A stretch of DNA of 64,000 nt from Candidatus Nomurabacteria bacterium. Lineage in GTDB: Bacteria; Patescibacteriota; Minisyncoccia; Phycocordibacterales; UBA9973. The notes beneath the pieces are model-generated. The model searched no databases. It was not told the DNA's origin and saw only the letters and a program-made list of their open reading frames with translations. The position numbers and the translations under genes are program-made. The DNA lies in NCBI GenBank assembly GCA_016699085.1, contig CP064958.1:475181-539180 (forward strand), written 5' to 3'. Below are positions 19,313 to 27,496 of this stretch, piece by piece (position 1 is the stretch's first letter; every line of letters begins with the position of its first letter).

Positions 19313-19984
19313 CTACTTCCGAATTATTCGGTACATTCTCCATCTATAGCCCATATCCTCAATTTCTATGTATCTTTCTGGCTTAAAATTATAAAAAGAT
19401 AACATTTCTTCGAACTCTTTGAAGTCTTCGTTACCTTTAAAATCAATGTGGGTCATGATTATTGCGCCACTATTTTGAAGATAACTGGTAGCTTCTTTTA
19501 AAAAGCGTTTGTGGATTTTATATTCAGGATCATAAAGAGCCGACTCGACTAGTCCATTAAGCGGAAAATCAGTAATTGGTAGATTCGCAATTATAATGTC
19601 AAACTTATTTCCATTTTCAATCTTGATAAACAGATCACTTTCAAATGCAGTGATTTTATCTGAAACACCATTCAATTTAAAATTCTCTTCTGCACAAGAA
19701 ATGGCAGCTGGATTTATATCCACAACTACAACACTTTTTGCGCCATCCTTAATAGCTTGTATCGCCTGGATTCCTGTACCTGTGCCCATGTCAAGAATAT
19801 TTAGACCAGTTAAATCACCGAAAATGGTATGAAGCTTTTCTGAAGTATGTGAAAAATTGCTTCTCGGCGGGAATACGCCCCTGCAAGTTTTAATCTTTAC
19901 ACCCTCAATATCGATAATTTCAGGGATTTGATTTTTTATTTGCTCAAGAAATTTTTGGCTAATTTGGGGATTTATCTTATCCAT
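19313..19984 (-). CDS. HemK/PrmC-like class I SAM-dependent methyltransferase with variant motif IV (NLPI instead of NPPY)
   Basis: GVFPPRSNFSHTSEKL (compare PrmC VLIPRPETE). SAM motif LDMGTGTG. Motif IV IIANLPI. Confidence 0.65.
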   Translation of the reverse strand: MDKINPQISQKFLEQIKNQIPEIIDIEGVKIKTCRGVFPPRSNFSHTSEKLHTIFGDLTGLNILDMGTGTGIQAIQAIKDGAKSVVVVDINPAAISCAEENFKLNGVSDKITAFESDLFIKIENGNKFDIIIANLPITDFPLNGLVESALYDPEYKIHKRFLKEATSYLQNSGAIIMTHIDFKGNEDFKEFEEMLSFYNFKPERYIEIEDMGYRWRMYRIIRK

Positions 19985-20092
19985 ATATAAGTAGTATTTT
20001 AGTAATTTTTTTGTAGCTTAGCTTCCTTCTTTAGATTTGCCTAGTCGAGTTGCGCCCTTATTTTTAGATGAGCCAAATCAGAGACTTGTTGC

Positions 20093-20170
20093 TGCGGGAC
20101 TTGCACTCGAACCCCGCCCGAACGATTTCTATCATTCAGTCGGGCGGGCAAGATACACGGTTCCAGAAAC
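20093..20170 (-). other. Partial tRNA-Gln copy running from the anticodon stem to the acceptor 3' strand. It has a 36-nt hairpin inserted between the T-stem 5' strand and the T-loop.
   Basis: Shares 23 nt (GGTTTCTGGAACCGTGTATCTTG) with the complete tRNA, then carries the insert ccccgcccgaacgatttctatcattcagtcgggcgg (a 9-bp perfect stem), then GTTCGAGTGCAAGTCCCGCA. The T-stem is CTTGC/GCAAG versus CTTGG/CCAAG in the full gene, a compensatory change. No 5' acceptor strand or D-arm is present. Confidence 0.6.
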
Positions 20171-20193
20171 CTCTATTGCTTTTATATTCAGGG

Positions 20194-20264
20194 CTGCGGG
20201 ACTTGGACTCGAACCAAGATACACGGTTCCAGAAACCGTAGTCCTACCATTAGACGATCCCGCA
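20194..20264 (-). tRNA. tRNA-Gln (anticodon CUG)
   Basis: Manual fold. Acceptor UGCGGGA/UCCCGCA (U1-A72, G73 discriminator, as for Gln identity). D-loop AAUGGUA, anticodon stem ACGGU/ACCGU, anticodon loop UUCUGGA, T-loop UUCGAGU. 71 nt with no encoded CCA. Confidence 0.85.
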
Positions 20265-20356
20265 ATAGGTCAACCATACAGGAAAAGAGGCTTTTTTTCA
20301 AGAAAATAAAAAGCCCACATAATAATGGGCTGGTAAATTTGTCTCTACTTGTAATG

Positions 20357-20740
20357 TCATTTGCTTCTTACTTTACTAATAATCATATCGAATATTTTCT
20401 TGGTACGGTATTGTGGTGGGTTGCATTGATATGACAACTCATGTGTTGTATTCCAAAGCAATACAATTTTCTGTGAAGACGGGTATTCACTCAATAAGTT
20501 CGCGAATCTCTGATTTGCTTCGGTATCTTCAGGTAATGATAGTATGTGCCTGATCTCTTTTGTAAAATAATCATTTGCCTGAGTATCGTTTAAGAAAAAT
20601 GTTGCCATTATTTTTTCAGTCATTGTACTACTTGGTGCCATAAATTCAAAGTATGTCGTAAAAAACCGCCCCGGAATTTTTATCGGGACGGCCTCGGCAA
20701 GGTTGACAAATCCACCGCGATGGACGGTCGCACTAACCAA
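20357..20740 (-). CDS. Hypothetical protein
   Basis: 127-aa ORF followed by a hairpin terminator at 20311..20336. No confident family. Contains a CNPPQY segment. Confidence 0.35.
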   Translation of the reverse strand: MVSATVHRGGFVNLAEAVPIKIPGRFFTTYFEFMAPSSTMTEKIMATFFLNDTQANDYFTKEIRHILSLPEDTEANQRFANLLSEYPSSQKIVLLWNTTHELSYQCNPPQYRTKKIFDMIISKVRSK

Positions 20741-20848
20741 TGGCTGCCTACTTAATTTCGAACAGCAAGAAAAATTATATCAAAATATACATTAATTCCA
20801 AAATAAATTTTAGAAATTTTGCCTTATTTTTTATGCTACACTCCTCGT

Positions 20849-21655
20849 ATGAAGATGAAAATATTTCAGAAAACTATTTTAGATTATTACAGGACTCATG
20901 GACGGAAGTTTCCTTGGCGTCAAACACACAATCCATATAAAATCTTGGTATCTGAAGTCATGTTGCAACAAACACAAGCAGATCGTGTCGTCCCGAAATT
21001 CAATGCCTTTATCAAAAAGTTCCGAACTGTGGAAGCCTTAGCACATGCATCACAAAAAGATGTCCTCGTGCTTTGGAGTGGTCTCGGGTATAATCGCCGC
21101 GCACTCAATCTACACAGAGCAGCGAAAGCAATAGTCTTAGATCATGCTGGTAAAGTGCCCAAAGCAAAAGAAGCTCTGGTTGCACTTCCAGCTATTGGTC
21201 CCTATACCGCAGGTGCGATACGAGCATTTGCTTTTAATGAGCCTGATAACTTCATCGAGACAAATATCCGCTCAGTATATATTCACTTTTTCTTTGCTGA
21301 TCGCAAAACAAAAATAACTGACAAGGAACTTCTCGCTGTAGGGGAGAATGTTATGTATTTGGAAAATCCGTGCGAATGGTACCAGGCACTCATGGACTAT
21401 GGTGCAATGCTCAAACGAGAAGGGAAAGGATATCTCAATAAAACCAGAAACTATACTAAACAATCAAAATTCCAAGGGTCTGATAGGAAAATCCGCGGAG
21501 CCATACTTAAACTCCTGCTTCAGAAATCTGAAACATTAGAGGGTCTCGTTACTCAAATAAATGAAAATAAAGCACGGATTACAAAAATCATCACTGGTCT
21601 TAGCAGAGATGGCTTCATTAAAATCAAATCGAACCGTTTCTTCATGAAGTCTTAA
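20849..21655 (+). CDS. mutY: MutY-like HhH-GPD adenine DNA glycosylase lacking the [4Fe-4S] cysteine motif, with a winged-helix-like C-terminus
   Basis: Aligns with the E. coli MutY N-terminus (YRTHGRKFPWRQTHNPYKILVSEVMLQQTQADRVVPKF, LWSGLGYNRRALNLHRAAK, LPAIGPYTAGAI). No Cys-x6-Cys-x2-Cys-x5-Cys segment. Confidence 0.8.
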   Translation: MKMKIFQKTILDYYRTHGRKFPWRQTHNPYKILVSEVMLQQTQADRVVPKFNAFIKKFRTVEALAHASQKDVLVLWSGLGYNRRALNLHRAAKAIVLDHAGKVPKAKEALVALPAIGPYTAGAIRAFAFNEPDNFIETNIRSVYIHFFFADRKTKITDKELLAVGENVMYLENPCEWYQALMDYGAMLKREGKGYLNKTRNYTKQSKFQGSDRKIRGAILKLLLQKSETLEGLVTQINENKARITKIITGLSRDGFIKIKSNRFFMKS

Positions 21656-21708
21656 TTTTCTCTCATTAGAATTGACAGATTATAAGCCTCAATTAAAATA
21701 TAGAATAT

Positions 21709-23004
21709 ATGTCTACGAATCTACGAGAATTTAAAATAAAACCATTACAAAAAAAATACATCGAAATGGGACTTGTTGCTCTCGTGACGACACTTGTCGT
21801 GATGGTGATTGCCGGCAGTCTACTTTGGGGTAATCGCACAAAAATCATTAGTTTGCTCGCTGGGAGCTACATGGCTCAAACAAGTGAAAATCCTTTAGCT
21901 GGAAGCTCACCTGTGCCGTTTACTGAGGAATCATTCGTCGTCAATGCTGTTAAACGTGCCAATCCTGCCGTGGTATCTATTAGTATTACCAAAGACGTAC
22001 CAACCTACGAAACATACTACTCACCATCACCGACTAATCCTTTTGGTGATATGTTTGGAGGCAATGATTTCTTCAATCAATTCTTCCAACAGCAAGTCCC
22101 GCAGCAAAAGCAAAATGGTACCGAGAAGCAAGAAGTTGGCGGTGGATCAGGATTTATTATTACCGATGATGGGCTGATAGTGACCAATCGCCACGTTGTT
22201 GCAGATGAAGATGCGGACTATACCGTCTATACCAATGATGGCAAAAAATATACTGCTAAAGTTTTAGCTCGCGATCAGATACTCGATATTGCAGTTATTA
22301 AAATTGATGCGCCGATAGGTGGTTTGCCGTACCTTGAGCTTGGCGATTCTGATTCGCTCGAACTCGGGCAGTCAGTGGTCGCTATAGGAAATGCGTTGGC
22401 AGAATTTAAAAATTCTGTATCAGTTGGGGTGGTGTCAGGATTGTCGCGTTCGATTGTAGCAGGTGATGCATTCGCAGGAACGAGTGAACAACTCGATCGT
22501 GTAATACAGACTGATGCAGCTATTAATCCGGGTAACTCTGGTGGCCCCCTCCTTAATCTTCGCGGGCAAGTAATCGGCATTAATGTCGCTGTCGTACAAG
22601 GCTCATCTAACATCGGCTTTGCATTACCTATCAATAGCGTCAAATCAGTTATTAGTTCAGTCAAAGAAACTGGCAAAATCATAAGGCCCTACCTTGGTAT
22701 CCGTTATACAGAGATTACGCCTGAACTCAAAGATGCCAATAAACTTGCTGTTGACTACGGAGTACTCATCCAGCGCGGGGAAGATAAAAATGATTTGGCA
22801 GTGATACCCGGCTCGCCAGCGGATAAAGTAGGCATCGTCGAGAACGATATAATCCTTGAGCTCGATGGCGTTAAACTTGATGAAGATCATAGTCTGGCGC
22901 TCATGATACGTGATAAAAAAGTGGGGGATACAGTGACGCTCAAAGTCTTATCAAAAGGTGTAGAGAAGACTGTGCAGGTTAAACTCGAAGCTGCACCGGA
23001 ATAA
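21709..23004 (+). CDS. htrA: HtrA/DegP-family serine protease with a PDZ domain
   Basis: Trypsin-like catalytic motifs (TNRHVV, DIAVIKID, GNSGGPL), one C-terminal PDZ, N-terminal TM. Confidence 0.9.
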   Translation: MSTNLREFKIKPLQKKYIEMGLVALVTTLVVMVIAGSLLWGNRTKIISLLAGSYMAQTSENPLAGSSPVPFTEESFVVNAVKRANPAVVSISITKDVPTYETYYSPSPTNPFGDMFGGNDFFNQFFQQQVPQQKQNGTEKQEVGGGSGFIITDDGLIVTNRHVVADEDADYTVYTNDGKKYTAKVLARDQILDIAVIKIDAPIGGLPYLELGDSDSLELGQSVVAIGNALAEFKNSVSVGVVSGLSRSIVAGDAFAGTSEQLDRVIQTDAAINPGNSGGPLLNLRGQVIGINVAVVQGSSNIGFALPINSVKSVISSVKETGKIIRPYLGIRYTEITPELKDANKLAVDYGVLIQRGEDKNDLAVIPGSPADKVGIVENDIILELDGVKLDEDHSLALMIRDKKVGDTVTLKVLSKGVEKTVQVKLEAAPE

Positions 23005-23054
23005 AAAGAAAATCCCCTTTGTGTGGGGATTTCAAGAATTTATTATATATATAT

Positions 23055-23543
23055 TTATATATCCGTAGGGAATACCTGTGTACCCAATGGACTGCAACTA
23101 GGTGGGCCGCCACCTCTTCCTATAGATCCGACAATGGACACGATTGCAAAAAAATTTGCAAGTGTGAAGAATAAAAGATTCGATGTCATCATAAGCAAAA
23201 TTGTAGATGACTTAAAGATGTAGTACTTCGTAGCATCCTCGCCTGTAAAGTACAGATGCATTTCAATCTGACTCCAGGCATTCTTCTCGAATTTTATAGA
23301 CCAAGGATAGAGGTCAGATATACGATATTTTTTTTGTGCGTAGTTTTGAACAAAGTCCCGCATATTTTTTATAGGGATATTGTTTTTCAAAATTACACTT
23401 CTCAATTCCAATTGTGCTTTTCTTGCACCTATATACATTGGATAGTTTACTCCTATGTAAATGAAAAGAATTGTTATTACCATAAAGAACGTCTTCATTT
23501 TTTTAAATTGATTAGTGATCTTAAACGCCAGATCTAAGATCAC
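23055..23543 (-). CDS. Hypothetical membrane protein
   Basis: 162-aa ORF with hydrophobic segments. A 14-bp inverted repeat (23509..23550) overlaps the annotated N-terminus, so the true start may be MKTFFMV. Confidence 0.4.
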   Translation of the reverse strand: MILDLAFKITNQFKKMKTFFMVITILFIYIGVNYPMYIGARKAQLELRSVILKNNIPIKNMRDFVQNYAQKKYRISDLYPWSIKFEKNAWSQIEMHLYFTGEDATKYYIFKSSTILLMMTSNLLFFTLANFFAIVSIVGSIGRGGGPPSCSPLGTQVFPTDI

Positions 23544-23654
23544 TAATCAACCGTGCTTGATAGTATTATATCATTATATTTCAATAAAGTCAATAGTATA
23601 ATAACCTTGTGGATTAAGGTTATTTAGAGTGTTTTAACATGATATACTTTAGAT

Positions 23655-24290
23655 ATGTTAATCAAGAAATTAGGCCACTGCTGTCTCCACATTAAGCTTC
23701 CAAACCTTACTATTCTTACTGATCCTGGGAGTTATAGTACGCTGCAAAATGAAGTGAAGGGGATTGATCTTATACTCATTACTCATGAGCATGGGGATCA
23801 TTTTCATATTGAGTCGCTAAAGAAAGTGCTCATGAATAATCCTGATGCTAAAATTATTACTAACGTCTCAGTTGGTAAACTTCTCGATGTAGAAAATATA
23901 CCGTATAGCATTATTTCAGACGGGCAATCAACGACGATCGAAAATATTTTAATCGAAGGCTTTGGTACATTGCACGAAGAAATTTATGATGGCTGGGGTA
24001 GAGTAGAGAATACGGGCTACTTTATTGATAACAAACTCTTTTACCCAGGGGACGCGTTTACTGATCCTAAAAAACCAGTTGATATCCTAGCCTTGCCAGT
24101 TTCCGGACCATGGATGAAGATCCATGAAGCCATTGATTATGCACTACTACTAAAGCCACGAGTCGTATTTCCAGTCCATGACGCTATTTTGAAAAATCCT
24201 GGACTTGGGCATGCAGTTCCAAGTAAGTTTCTCCTAGAAAGTAATATCGAATTTGTTGTTATGAACGAAGACGACGAACACGAATTTTAA
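23655..24290 (+). CDS. MBL-fold metallo-hydrolase
   Basis: ILITHEHGDHF (HxHxDH) motif, 211 aa. Confidence 0.8.
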   Translation: MLIKKLGHCCLHIKLPNLTILTDPGSYSTLQNEVKGIDLILITHEHGDHFHIESLKKVLMNNPDAKIITNVSVGKLLDVENIPYSIISDGQSTTIENILIEGFGTLHEEIYDGWGRVENTGYFIDNKLFYPGDAFTDPKKPVDILALPVSGPWMKIHEAIDYALLLKPRVVFPVHDAILKNPGLGHAVPSKFLLESNIEFVVMNEDDEHEF

Positions 24291-24425
24291 AAAGAAAACA
24301 GCACCGAGAGGTGCTGTTTTTGTAAATACATTACTTATGCATGGATTCTAGTTGTTCCCGCAAAATTTTCCATACCGCCTTTGTCATTTAAGGATACCTG
24401 TGTAGTATAGGCGAAACCCTTCTTT

Positions 24426-25220
24426 ATGACGCAACATCTACATCCCGTGATTTCTGTTTTGAAAAACAGAGCAAATAAAGCATTTCCATTTGACGATGGG
24501 AGGAAGGTAATTCTTATTCTCCCTGGTGGACTTATGACGAGTATCAACGGCGCAGGTGCGCTTGTGGCACTTGAGATGCTTGGGTTGTACCGTGCATTTG
24601 ATTCTATATACACCGGCTCGGCTGGATTCTTGAATGCATGCTACTTTCTCACCAAGAAAACACAAAGAGGAGCAACGATTTACTGGGATGATCTTGTCGC
24701 CAATAAATTCATTCAGCTTACCCGTTTCTGGGATCCCATTAGACCGAGTGTAGTAGTGGAAGCAATCAAAAAGTCCAAGCCATTTCCATATCAGGAATTA
24801 TGGAATACTACCACAGAGCTCCATGTACAGATGCGAGATATGCGTGTAGGAAAATCGTGTGACCTTACCCTGAATGATTACACGCCACAAGAATTTTTTG
24901 AAATTGCCGAATCGTCTATCTCGTTTCCATATCTATGGAATGGTGTTCCGCATCATTTGAGGTACAGTGACGGACAGACGACAGGAGAGGCAACGAGGAA
25001 ACTTTTTTGTTCCGGAATACACTCAGATGCGACTGATGTTGTGATTATTTACAACAATTTGAATCAGGTATTCCTCAATCAACACCTCGGAAACGAACGA
25101 GTGTGTGAGATACTTCCGCCTCGCGATTCACACATTAGTCCAATCGAAATGAGACCAGATATACTGATAAAAGCATGCACTGCTATGTACAAAAAAGTCT
25201 TCTCGGAATTCAATGAATAG
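24426..25220 (+). CDS. Patatin-like phospholipase-related protein with a degenerate nucleophile motif
   Basis: ILPGGLMTSINGAGALVALE resembles the patatin Gly-rich oxyanion region. YTGSAGF lies where GTSTG would be. YSDGQTTG is a possible DGG Asp motif. Confidence 0.35.
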   Translation: MTQHLHPVISVLKNRANKAFPFDDGRKVILILPGGLMTSINGAGALVALEMLGLYRAFDSIYTGSAGFLNACYFLTKKTQRGATIYWDDLVANKFIQLTRFWDPIRPSVVVEAIKKSKPFPYQELWNTTTELHVQMRDMRVGKSCDLTLNDYTPQEFFEIAESSISFPYLWNGVPHHLRYSDGQTTGEATRKLFCSGIHSDATDVVIIYNNLNQVFLNQHLGNERVCEILPPRDSHISPIEMRPDILIKACTAMYKKVFSEFNE

Positions 25221-25304
25221 CACAGGCATAGCCGAATAGAAAAACCTTACATCAAAACGATGTAAGGTTTTTATTTTTACATATGACAACAAGCGGGTTT
25301 TTTG

Positions 25305-25574
25305 CTAGTACCGATTTTTATCGCGTACTTTGTCTTTCCCAATAGCTTTACTGAGAGCCTCGTCCATAGAAATATTGTTTTTATTGCAAAAGCATGCAAT
25401 AGCAAAAAGTAAATCACCCATTTCCATCTCCAGTTTTTCTACGTCACCTGAGATCACTTCAGCTTTCATCTCTCCTAATTCTTCATCAATTTTGGAAATT
25501 ATTTTTTCAGTGGAGAAATAACTCCAACCCATTTCCTTCATAAAATCACTTACTCTAGTCTGTAATGTGTTCAT
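25305..25574 (-). CDS. MazG-like nucleotide pyrophosphohydrolase (small, single domain)
   Basis: EELGEMKAEV and GDLLFAIACF helices match the MazG EExxE/D motifs. Confidence 0.65.
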   Translation of the reverse strand: MNTLQTRVSDFMKEMGWSYFSTEKIISKIDEELGEMKAEVISGDVEKLEMEMGDLLFAIACFCNKNNISMDEALSKAIGKDKVRDKNRY

Positions 25575-25619
25575 AAGAAAGTTTTTAGTATTCTATATCT
25601 TACAACTGGCATGTCAAAT

Positions 25620-26327
25620 TTATGCCGTAGGTATGCCGAGAGACTCTAGGAATCCTGTCAACTGTTTGCCCTCGAGTTTCTTCTGATCGCCTGGTTTCAT
25701 GTTGCCTAGTTTGATATCCATAATGCGGAATCGTAAGAGTGATTTGACTTCGAAACCAAGTGCCTTGCACATTCGTCTAATCTGGCGGTTCTTGCCTTCG
25801 GTTAGGATAATATCAAACGTTTCTTCGTCTACTTTGCGAGTTTTGGCAGGCCTGGTAAAATCACCGGCACCGATACGCATGCCTTCTTTGAGTCCTCGTA
25901 GGAGGGAGTTGGTGATTTTCCTATTGACGACCACACGATACTCTTTCTCATGTTTTTTCTTTGGATTTAGGAGTGCGTCAGTGATTCGTCCATCATCAGA
26001 GAGAATGATAAGTCCCTCTGAATCTTTATCGAGTCTGCCGACAGGGGAAACACCTTTGGGAAATTTACTGAGATCGATAACACGCTCACCCGGCTGAGGT
26101 GCGACAGTAACGAGCCCAAGTGGTTTGTAGTAGGCGATGTAGCTATAGTTTTGTTTGACTGCCTTGTCCCATGATACTTTGTCTTTTTCTTGTACCATTT
26201 GGCCAATCTTGGCGCGTTTGCCATTGATGAAAATTTTCCCTTCATCAATTAAAACATCGGCATTACGCCGTGTTGTGACTTGTTTTTCTGCCAGGTAATG
26301 GTTGATGCGAATAGGGTAGGTAATCAT
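25620..26327 (-). CDS. rRNA pseudouridine synthase of the RsuA/RluB family (S4 domain plus catalytic domain)
   Basis: S4-like N-terminus, catalytic GRLDKDSEGLIILSDDG with Asp, and KEYRVVV. The start is placed at MITYP, giving a 4-nt overlap with the upstream MFS gene. Confidence 0.8.
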   Translation of the reverse strand: MITYPIRINHYLAEKQVTTRRNADVLIDEGKIFINGKRAKIGQMVQEKDKVSWDKAVKQNYSYIAYYKPLGLVTVAPQPGERVIDLSKFPKGVSPVGRLDKDSEGLIILSDDGRITDALLNPKKKHEKEYRVVVNRKITNSLLRGLKEGMRIGAGDFTRPAKTRKVDEETFDIILTEGKNRQIRRMCKALGFEVKSLLRFRIMDIKLGNMKPGDQKKLEGKQLTGFLESLGIPTA

Positions 26328-27478
26328 ATGCTTGTATCTCGGAGCGAAAACCCATAGTAGAGTGATGACAGAACAATAATACCCAAGATAATATAAAGAG
26401 TTGAAAATGTACCGAATGAAAGTATGCATATGCCAGCAAGCGGCGCAATGATGTAGGCAAGCGGCGACATGTCTCGGAATATGCTGATATAGTTGCTCTC
26501 AGCATCATTTACTTTCTTGAAGAAATAGACCTCGGTCATAACTTCTGTTACCGCAGCGCCAACGCGTGTCATAAAGAGTACAATTGCCCATGTCCAAATG
26601 TTTGGTTCTATAAAAGCGAGAAGAAAGGTGCTTGCACCTAAGATAACTAAGCCTACCAATAAAAATGATCGTTCGCCAACTTTATCAGCATAGCGTCCGA
26701 GTGGATATTGGATAAACACAAACGGCAACAGCATGATCGTAAAAATAAAGCCGATCGTCGTCCAAGAAAAGCCTAAATAATTATGCATATACAGTGGTGT
26801 GTAGATAACCATTGTGGCGTAAAAGAATTGCAAGACAAAGTTGATAACGGTGATATTTCTCAAATCAGGATTCTTGCCAATATTGATAAGGGTTTGCAAA
26901 AATGAAAAGCGTTTATATGGCGCGTCGTGATAGTTGGTGAGCTTGGTAAGCGTCAAATAAAAGACTATGAAGATAAATGCCATACTGATGCTGTAGAGCA
27001 AATGGTACCCACCAGTAGTCAGTAGCATGCCGGCCAATAGTGGTGCAAATATCCACGCACAGTTGATAACAGTAAGATAAATGCCACGCATGACACCGGT
27101 ATTTTTATTTTTTGAGAAATGCTCAACAAAAATATCAAATGTAAAGACGATCAAATTGTTGCTGATAAGGTAAAACAAAATACCACCGACTTGTCCAGCT
27201 TGATTGCCGTGGGTCACCATGAATAGTGCAGTAAAGTTTACTATGAGCAATCCCAAGAGCAGTCGTCTATTGCCGAATGCTCGTAATAATGTAGGCATTT
27301 CTGACAGTGCGATCAGTGTCAGCATGGCACTGCCTGCGAAAACATAGCCTAGTATTTTTTCTGAAACAATTCCAGAGAGAAATGTTGAATTTATATATGA
27401 TGCGAGTGCAACCTGCAGGGCAAAGAAAAAGGTTGTCGTATAAATACTTCTGATCGTGAAGGAGTGTAAATGCTTCAT
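26324..27478 (-). CDS. MFS transporter
   Basis: 384 aa with about 12 predicted TM helices in a 6+6 layout. Confidence 0.7.
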   Translation of the reverse strand: MKHLHSFTIRSIYTTTFFFALQVALASYINSTFLSGIVSEKILGYVFAGSAMLTLIALSEMPTLLRAFGNRRLLLGLLIVNFTALFMVTHGNQAGQVGGILFYLISNNLIVFTFDIFVEHFSKNKNTGVMRGIYLTVINCAWIFAPLLAGMLLTTGGYHLLYSISMAFIFIVFYLTLTKLTNYHDAPYKRFSFLQTLINIGKNPDLRNITVINFVLQFFYATMVIYTPLYMHNYLGFSWTTIGFIFTIMLLPFVFIQYPLGRYADKVGERSFLLVGLVILGASTFLLAFIEPNIWTWAIVLFMTRVGAAVTEVMTEVYFFKKVNDAESNYISIFRDMSPLAYIIAPLAGICILSFGTFSTLYIILGIIVLSSLYYGFSLRDTSI

Positions 27479-27496
27479 GCAGTAAAGTATAACATT

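Noticed and set aside
20037-20309. 90-aa plus-strand ORF spanning the tRNA-Gln region, with an internal LEPR..YTVPET repeat
   Set aside because: It overlaps the tRNA and its partial duplicate on the opposite strand. The protein-level repeat is just the duplicated tRNA sequence translated. Spurious.
19984-23600. Integrated mobile element adjacent to the tRNA-Gln att-like duplication
   Set aside because: The flanking genes are core-type (MutY-like, HtrA on one side; MTase, DUF1801, Nudix on the other). There is no integrase, excisionase, transposase or phage gene anywhere in the window.
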